Translations under genes and position numbers: made by a program
The notes under the pieces: model-generated
Told to the model about the DNA's origin: nothing
Database searches by the model: none
What the model saw: the letters and a program-made list of their open reading frames with translations, nothing else
Shown here: positions 35,000 to 41,104 of the stretch, piece by piece
How positions within the stretch are numbered: position 1 is the stretch's first letter
Layout of the letters: every line of letters starts with the position of its first letter
DNA from: a virus
Taxonomy: Duplodnaviria > Caudoviricetes
Strand: one strand, 5' to 3'
IMG/VR virus record: IMGVR_UViG_3300044941_000368
Span: 1 to 41,104 of that record
DNA: 41,104 bases

Positions 35000-36697
35000 A
35001 TGGATATTTCAAAACTTTCACGATTAATAGGTGGCATTCACAGAGATGTGGATCTTACCGCCAACACGCTTGTTATGCAAAACATCAAGTTGAATCTTGG
35101 TGGTGCAAACAATGTGACTTTTGCGGGATCTTTAACTGCAAACCGCACAATTACAATGCCAGACGCCAACGTCAACTTAGGGCATATCTCTGCGCTCTAT
35201 ACTTTGGCTGGAGTTACGGCTGGTGACGTTGATCTTGGTTCGTTTACAGGAACTACAATCCCTAACAACTCAACAATCAAATCGGCCCTCCAATCTTTGG
35301 AAACTGCTATTGAAAACGTCAGCGTTTCCCCTGATTTCTTGGATAACGTCTTCAGAATTTCAGACGACGTAGATAATACCAAAAAGATCGCATTCCAAGC
35401 TTCTGCAATTGCAACTGGCACTGTTAGAACAATTTCAATGCCAGATGCTAACGTTAACCTAGCTGACGTTAACGTTGCCATTCTGCAAGACGGCTCTCGT
35501 GCGTTTACAGCCAACCAGTCAATGGGTGGCTTTAGGCTAACAAACCTTGCCGCTCCTATTGCTAGCTCTGACGCTGCGACTAGAGCTTATGTAGATAATG
35601 CAATTGAAGGTGTTAAACCTAAGGAAGCTGTTCGTGTTGCTACTACAGCAAACATCACCCTTTCAGGTCTTCAAACTATTGACGGCATCACTCTTGTTGC
35701 AGGCGACAGAGTTCTTGTTAAAGACCAAACCGCTCAAGCCGAAAACGGTATTTACGTTGCCGCGGCAGGCGCTTGGTCAAGAGCTGCAGACTTTGATCAA
35801 CTCACCCCTGTTAACGAAATTAAAGGGGCCTATGTCGCCGTCTCTTCTGGTAACACTCACGCAGGCAAGGTGTTTGTTTGTAACTCTGACCCATCTACTT
35901 TAGATACAGATCCTATCACTTTTGTATTCTTTAACTCTATCGCAGCCCTTAACGCTGGCGATGGTATTTCTCTTGTAGGTACGACCATTGAAGTTGATCA
36001 TGACGGTCAAGGTCTTCAGTTTGTATCTGGACAGCTTGCTCTTGAGCTTGACGGCTCTACTCTTTCTAAGTCTGCTTCAGGACTTAAAGTGGCTGATGCA
36101 GGAATTGCTGCTTTACAATTGGCTGCAAACTCTGTCATCACAGCTAAGATTCAAGACGGTGCTGTTACCGAAGATAAGCTTGCCGCTTCTGTTGCGGGCG
36201 CTGGTCTAACTGGTGGTGCAGGATCTCCTCTGGCTGTTGGCGCTAACGCAGACGGTTCGATCCAAGTTAACGCAAACGATATTGCTGTTAATAGCGCTCC
36301 TCTTATCCGTAGAACCATGGTTGCAGGTGAGGCGTTTGCTGCCAACACAACATGGCTTGTAAGACTTGCAAGAGGAGGTGAAACTGCTGGCAGAATTTAC
36401 AAAGCAGATAAAGACGCTTCCTCTAACGATAATTTCTATGTTATCGGCATTGCTTTCTCTTCATCTGCGGTTTCGGCTGGTGATAATATTACAGTTATTA
36501 TGCTTGGCGAACACTCACTGCAAACTTCTGACTCCGCCTTCTTGGCTGCCGATATTGGCAAACCTGTTTTCTTAACTGCTTCAGGTGCTTTCTCGGTGAC
36601 TGCCCCAACCGCTAACAATGATGCTGTTGTTAGAATTGGTTTGGTGCAAAATACAGATCGTTTGTGGGTACAGCCTCAAGTTATTGGAGTATTATAA
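35000..36697 (+). CDS. Fibre protein (head or tail fibre)
   Basis: DAATRAYVD; VRVATTANITLSGLQTIDG...GDRVLVKDQT...ENGIY fibre module; SD AGGAGG. Confidence 0.8.
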   Translation: MDISKLSRLIGGIHRDVDLTANTLVMQNIKLNLGGANNVTFAGSLTANRTITMPDANVNLGHISALYTLAGVTAGDVDLGSFTGTTIPNNSTIKSALQSLETAIENVSVSPDFLDNVFRISDDVDNTKKIAFQASAIATGTVRTISMPDANVNLADVNVAILQDGSRAFTANQSMGGFRLTNLAAPIASSDAATRAYVDNAIEGVKPKEAVRVATTANITLSGLQTIDGITLVAGDRVLVKDQTAQAENGIYVAAAGAWSRAADFDQLTPVNEIKGAYVAVSSGNTHAGKVFVCNSDPSTLDTDPITFVFFNSIAALNAGDGISLVGTTIEVDHDGQGLQFVSGQLALELDGSTLSKSASGLKVADAGIAALQLAANSVITAKIQDGAVTEDKLAASVAGAGLTGGAGSPLAVGANADGSIQVNANDIAVNSAPLIRRTMVAGEAFAANTTWLVRLARGGETAGRIYKADKDASSNDNFYVIGIAFSSSAVSAGDNITVIMLGEHSLQTSDSAFLAADIGKPVFLTASGAFSVTAPTANNDAVVRIGLVQNTDRLWVQPQVIGVL

Positions 36698-36709
36698 AGG
36701 TATTAACTA

Positions 36710-37039
36710 ATGGCCCGTTTTACTCGTATTGTTAATGGAGTGCTAAGATCTTTTGATGAATCGTCGAGCCCGACAATATACGATGAATATCTTCTCGTTG
36801 TGTCGGGCTCCCCATCAAACAACAACGAAATTACGGGCCCAATAAACGCTGGTGTAAACGTCACACTCCCCAACGGTGGGCAATACACTGACGACGAATT
36901 GATGGTTGATTTAAACGGTCAATCACTTGAAAATGGATTTGATTTTAACTATGTTGGGACACCTCCTAGAACTCAGGTAGCTTTTACCTTTCAGCTCGTG
37001 GTCGGTGATAGGTTATATTTTAGAAAACATAGGAACTAA
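36710..37039 (+). CDS. Small structural protein, paralogous to an internal domain of 31494-34271
   Basis: IYDEYLLVVSGSPSNNNEITGPINAGVNVTLP versus IYEEVLNVVSGSPADDNEVTGPINSGTNLTLP. Confidence 0.75.
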   Translation: MARFTRIVNGVLRSFDESSSPTIYDEYLLVVSGSPSNNNEITGPINAGVNVTLPNGGQYTDDELMVDLNGQSLENGFDFNYVGTPPRTQVAFTFQLVVGDRLYFRKHRN

Positions 37040-37048
37040 GGGGTTTAA

Positions 37049-38938
37049 ATGTCTACCAAGACTGATCTTAGGCAAACAAAATATGTTGGCGGAATTGATC
37101 AACTAGCTACCACTCAGACAACTGAGGGTGACAATATTGTACAGTCAATTAACAGCGAGCTTACACCTCTACTCCGCTTATCTGCAAGCTCCCCCGTATC
37201 TCTAGTTGTTAACGTAGGCGGTGGCGATCTGTTAAACGCCGAATCAAATCGTCGTAGAGCTATCCCTCATATTGGAACAGCCTATGTTCAGTTCACCTCT
37301 GGCACTGTAACCTTCCCTGCCTCTTCTGGTGGAAACATCACATGCTCTCCCGGCGGCACCACAGTGCTTAACGTAGCTAGCGGTAATTTTGCGGCAGTTC
37401 TTGTTTATCTTGATGGAGCTGGAAATTTAAACACTGTAGTGGGAACTGACGCTGCTACGGAATCCGCAGCTATCACTAACCTTCCACCTGCTCCAAAAAA
37501 GACTTTAGCTGCAGGTTTTGTAGTTGTACAGAATGTAGGTGGAACCATTCAGAATATAGCGCAAAACAACATTCGCCAATTTGGCGCAGGTAGCGGAGGA
37601 GGAGGCGGTTCAGGAGATGCCTCTGGTCTTTTAGAAGATTTTAAAAATCAATTAGTTGATTCTTATTATAATTTTTTATCTGCTGAAGATTTTGGAAATA
37701 CAACAGATCTTGTTGATTCAGGAAATACTACCGCCGTGTATAATTTGCTATCTAGCTCCTATCACATGGCAACAGGTCAAAAACTTACAACTGAAAATTT
37801 ATTAGATAGCGGCTTTTTTGATTTTAAGCAAGATATTGACCAAGCTATGGTTACTTTACGGTATGTGGATGGGTATGTAGATACAAACCCAACCGTAAAA
37901 CTAACAAGAAATAGCGGAGTTACTTGGCAAACCGTCACAATGTCTAGAAACGGACAGACAGAAGAGCTTAGCGGGGTATTGGATTTTGCAAACGAAACTC
38001 TCACACAAACTGCTACCTATACCGTAACAGGCAACAGAACCTTAAATACTAGCTCACAACAAAAGCTTGCTCAAATTTTAACTATTCCAGCCAATACATT
38101 AAAATTAGTAAAAGACTTTACTTTTAATGTAACTAAAACAGGCAGCCCCAATGGAAAGCTAATAGTTAAGCTTGTAAAAGAGGTTTCTGGCAACCCCTCT
38201 CTTTTAGATGCCAACCTTATTAGCACAGTAGAAAAGGATATGTCAACTATCTCAACAGGCACTGTGACTGTAAACTTCGGAAACCAGATACTTAAGTCAG
38301 GAAACTATTACCTTCTTTTTGAAACCAATACGGCTTATCAAAACTCTTTTGTGTCTGGCACTACTGAATTACAAATTAGAACAAACACGATAACTCCAGA
38401 TGCCAAGGCTTACAACGGAACCTCTTGGTCGGCAATTTCTGGCGAGTCAATTCAGTATAGATACACTTATAAAGACATAAATCTAAAGCTGGAAGTAACC
38501 GCAAGTGCCGCCAGTAGGCTGCTTGGGTTTGGAGTTTTATATCAAAAATTAAATGAACTTGTTTCGCCAGTATCTTACGACCAAATTATAGTGGGAAGCT
38601 CAGCTCAAGTAGACGCAGGGCTTGCCACACACTCATCTTTACAAGACGCGTTAAATAGTGTAGGATTTAATAAAAGAATAAAAGTTTTAGCCGAAACTAT
38701 TTCTGAAAACGTAACATTATCGCAAAACGACGTGACAATTGAAGGAGACGGTAGAGGTTCTGTTTTATCTGGAGATTTGACAATATCTGGAAATAATGTG
38801 GTTATTGAAAAAATGAGAATAACTGGAGATGTAACTATTAGCGGAAATTCTAATTTCTTAGATAAAGTATGGTTAAGTAATAGCTCAAATTTGACTGATA
38901 ATGGCGAAAACAACTCTATTACTGGAATTTTGGAGTAA
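37049..38938 (+). CDS. Tail fibre/spike-like protein with short C-terminal beta-helix
   Basis: Gly linker GAGSGGGGGSG; THSSLQDALN...VTIEGDGRGSVL...ISGN repeats. Confidence 0.7.
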   Translation: MSTKTDLRQTKYVGGIDQLATTQTTEGDNIVQSINSELTPLLRLSASSPVSLVVNVGGGDLLNAESNRRRAIPHIGTAYVQFTSGTVTFPASSGGNITCSPGGTTVLNVASGNFAAVLVYLDGAGNLNTVVGTDAATESAAITNLPPAPKKTLAAGFVVVQNVGGTIQNIAQNNIRQFGAGSGGGGGSGDASGLLEDFKNQLVDSYYNFLSAEDFGNTTDLVDSGNTTAVYNLLSSSYHMATGQKLTTENLLDSGFFDFKQDIDQAMVTLRYVDGYVDTNPTVKLTRNSGVTWQTVTMSRNGQTEELSGVLDFANETLTQTATYTVTGNRTLNTSSQQKLAQILTIPANTLKLVKDFTFNVTKTGSPNGKLIVKLVKEVSGNPSLLDANLISTVEKDMSTISTGTVTVNFGNQILKSGNYYLLFETNTAYQNSFVSGTTELQIRTNTITPDAKAYNGTSWSAISGESIQYRYTYKDINLKLEVTASAASRLLGFGVLYQKLNELVSPVSYDQIIVGSSAQVDAGLATHSSLQDALNSVGFNKRIKVLAETISENVTLSQNDVTIEGDGRGSVLSGDLTISGNNVVIEKMRITGDVTISGNSNFLDKVWLSNSSNLTDNGENNSITGILE

Positions 38939-38941
38939 AGT

Positions 38942-40063
38942 ATGAAATTTAAGATTAATAACGGCATCATTGAAAATTCTTCAAAATTTTCAGGAACAGA
39001 TGTTGGTGATATGTTTAAAAGTATTTCCTATGTAACAAATAGGAATTACAAGTTTAACACAATTAAGACTGGGTCTACCGAAACGCCTTCAGGTTCGTAT
39101 CCGGGGGGTACTTCTTTTGCCGGGGGAGTGCTATTGCCTGATGGTAAAGTATTTTGTGTACCTTATAGCTCAACCACGGCTAGAATTTATAATCCTGTAA
39201 CTGACACTTTAACTACTCCTTCTGGAACATATCCGGGTTCTGGTGCTTTTGCTGGAGGAGTGTTATTACCAGATGGAAGAGTATTTTGTGTACCTAATAA
39301 CTCAACTACAGCTAGAATTTATAATTCAGTAACTGATACTTTAACTACTCCGAGTGGTACATATCCGGTATCTGAAGCTTTTCTTGGTGGAGTATTATTG
39401 CCTGATGGAAGAGTATTTTGTGCACCTTTAAACTCAACTACAGCCAGAATTTATAATCCAGCAACTGATACCTTAACTACACCAAGCGGGACATATCCGG
39501 GATCTGGTGCTTTTTCTGGAGGAGTATTGTTACCAGACGGAAGAGTATTTTGTGTTCCTCGCAACTCAACTACAGCCAGAATTTATAATCCAGCAACTGA
39601 TACCTTAACTACACCAAGTGGGACATATCCGGGATCTGGTGCTTTTTCTGGAGGAGTATTGTTGCCAGACGGAAGAGTATTTTGTGTTCCCCTTAGCTCA
39701 ACCACGGCTAGAATTTATGATCCAGTAAATGATACCTTAACTACTCCTTCTGGTACATATCCGGGATCTCAGGCTTTTGGTAGCGGGGTATTATTGCCTG
39801 ATGGTAGAGTGTTTTGTGTGCCTTATAACTCAACTACAGCTAGAATTTATAATCCTGTAACTGACACTTTAACTACTCCTTCAGGTACATATCCGGGATC
39901 TCAGGCTTTTTCTGGAGGAGTATTGTTACCAGACGGAAGAGCATTCTGTGTACCTCTTGCCTCAACCACAGCTAGAATTTTGTCAGGCAGTTTTGATAAA
40001 TATACCAACCCTAACCAACTTCCTCTTCATATTTTGCTATCACCGTATTTAAACAAATTTTAA
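38942..40063 (+). CDS. Seven-blade beta-propeller repeat protein (Kelch/galactose-oxidase-like), candidate receptor-binding protein
   Basis: Seven 44-aa units TTPSGTYPGSxAFxGGVLLPDGRVFCVPxxSTTARIYNPxTDTL. Confidence 0.85.
   Translation: MKFKINNGIIENSSKFSGTDVGDMFKSISYVTNRNYKFNTIKTGSTETPSGSYPGGTSFAGGVLLPDGKVFCVPYSSTTARIYNPVTDTLTTPSGTYPGSGAFAGGVLLPDGRVFCVPNNSTTARIYNSVTDTLTTPSGTYPVSEAFLGGVLLPDGRVFCAPLNSTTARIYNPATDTLTTPSGTYPGSGAFSGGVLLPDGRVFCVPRNSTTARIYNPATDTLTTPSGTYPGSGAFSGGVLLPDGRVFCVPLSSTTARIYDPVNDTLTTPSGTYPGSQAFGSGVLLPDGRVFCVPYNSTTARIYNPVTDTLTTPSGTYPGSQAFSGGVLLPDGRAFCVPLASTTARILSGSFDKYTNPNQLPLHILLSPYLNKF
39083..39982 (+). repeat. 132-bp coding tandem repeat, 7 units
   Basis: GTATTTTGTG at 39281 and 39413 gives a 132-nt period. 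Confidence 0.95.
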
Positions 40064-40076
40064 AAGGAGAAAAAAC

Positions 40077-40286
40077 ATGAAAACATTGAAAGTATTTAAT
40101 AATATAGCAGAAATCATAGATAACAATATTGTCGAATGTCGCCTTAGCAGGCAAGACGAAAAAAGCGAAGAGCTTGTTCAAGAAATGATTTCTTCTGGAG
40201 AATATAATGTTATAAACATAAACCAATCACCAGATTTGGCTAATGTTCCAGAAAATTTTGATTGGACGCAATCGTTAGAAAATTAA
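40077..40286 (+). CDS. Small acidic protein between the propeller genes (possible assembly chaperone)
   Basis: SD AAAGGAG; 69 aa; function inferred from position only. Confidence 0.65.
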   Translation: MKTLKVFNNIAEIIDNNIVECRLSRQDEKSEELVQEMISSGEYNVININQSPDLANVPENFDWTQSLEN

Positions 40287-40308
40287 AATATAAGTAAAGG
40301 ATATTGAC

Positions 40309-41104
40309 ATGTTGAAAATAGTAGGAAACCTTTTTCAAGGTTTAAGCTCTAAAACAAGTGAGCTAAGGCCTGATATTACTAAAATTTTGCGCACTGTTAC
40401 AAAAAGAAATAGGGATCACACTGGTCAATACTTTAACGCTCAAAATGCTTTTGTTGAAACTCCTGCTGGTACATATCCGGGATCTCTTGCTTTTGCTGGA
40501 GGGGTGTTGTTACCAGATGGAAGAGTATTTTGTGTACCTAATAGCTCAACTACAGCTAGAATTTATAATCCAGTAACTAATACTTTAACTACACCAAGTG
40601 GGACATATCCGGGATCTAATGCTTTGGAGGGCGGTGTATTGTTACCCGACGGAAGAGTGTTTTGTGTGCCTCGTAACTCAACCACAGCTAGAATTTATAA
40701 TCCAGTAACTAATACCTTAACTACACCAAGCGGTACGTATCCCGGATCTGATGCTTTTATTGGCGGTGTATTACTGCCTGATGGAAGAGTATTTTGTGTT
40801 CCCCTTAACTCAACCACAGCCAGAATTTATAATCCAGTAAATGATACCTTAACTACTCCTTCAGGTACATATCCGGGAACTGGCGCTTTTGTTGGAGGAG
40901 TGCTATTACCTGATGGTAGAGTGTTTTGTGTGCCTTATAACTCAACTACAGCTAGAATTTATAATCCTGTAACTGACACTTTAACTACTCCTTCTGGAAC
41001 ATATCCGGGTTCTGGTGCTTTTGCTGGTGGGGTGTTGTTACCTGACGGAAGAGTATTTTGTGTACCTTATGCCTCAACTACAGCTAGAATTTATAATCCT
41101 GTAA
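40309..41104 (+). CDS. Second beta-propeller repeat protein, truncated by the window end (not in ORF track)
   Basis: SD AAAGGA, ATG 40309 (MLKIVGNLFQ...), open to the end; about five 44-aa units from 40459. Confidence 0.88.
   Translation, partial: MLKIVGNLFQGLSSKTSELRPDITKILRTVTKRNRDHTGQYFNAQNAFVETPAGTYPGSLAFAGGVLLPDGRVFCVPNSSTTARIYNPVTNTLTTPSGTYPGSNALEGGVLLPDGRVFCVPRNSTTARIYNPVTNTLTTPSGTYPGSDAFIGGVLLPDGRVFCVPLNSTTARIYNPVNDTLTTPSGTYPGTGAFVGGVLLPDGRVFCVPYNSTTARIYNPVTDTLTTPSGTYPGSGAFAGGVLLPDGRVFCVPYASTTARIYNPV

Noticed and set aside
38942-41104. Diversity-generating retroelement (TR/VR pair) explaining the propeller or HEAT variation
   Set aside because: No reverse transcriptase in the window, all copies are coding, and differences are not confined to adenines of one template copy. 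An RT outside the window cannot be excluded.
1-41104. Stop-codon reassignment
   Set aside because: Long genes are intact and tightly packed in the standard code, and TAA, TAG and TGA all occur as real gene ends.

Overview
AT-rich fragment of a large tailed (contractile-tail, myovirus-type) bacteriophage genome in the standard genetic code; the host cannot be determined from this window. About 1-17.7 kb is a dense run of short accessory and nucleotide-metabolism genes: nucleotidyltransferase, DEDDh exonuclease, dCMP deaminase, metallophosphoesterase, dNMP kinase, a CYTH-HNH fusion, a MazG-like protein and a PDZ protein. About 17.7-41.1 kb is a virion module (baseplate hub/wedge, a 1967-aa baseplate J-like protein, tube-like and fibre proteins) interrupted by two opposite-strand islands. 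The most striking content is two independent repeat-protein families with a conserved scaffold and hypervariable positions. (1) A 26-aa HEAT/LRV-like repeat cassette occurs three times at 3.3-6.6 kb, each time behind a different N-terminus; one junction is traceable to microhomology with the neighbouring exonuclease gene. (2) 44-aa beta-propeller blade repeats occur in two adjacent tail-end genes that are DNA mosaics of each other. Also seen: two transposase-less IS200/IS605-type end hairpins, a candidate sRNA with an anti-Shine-Dalgarno loop, a second structured RNA candidate, and a recurring AATCTT motif before late genes. No tRNA, rRNA, CRISPR array or reverse transcriptase was found. All product calls come from motif recognition by eye, not from database searches.
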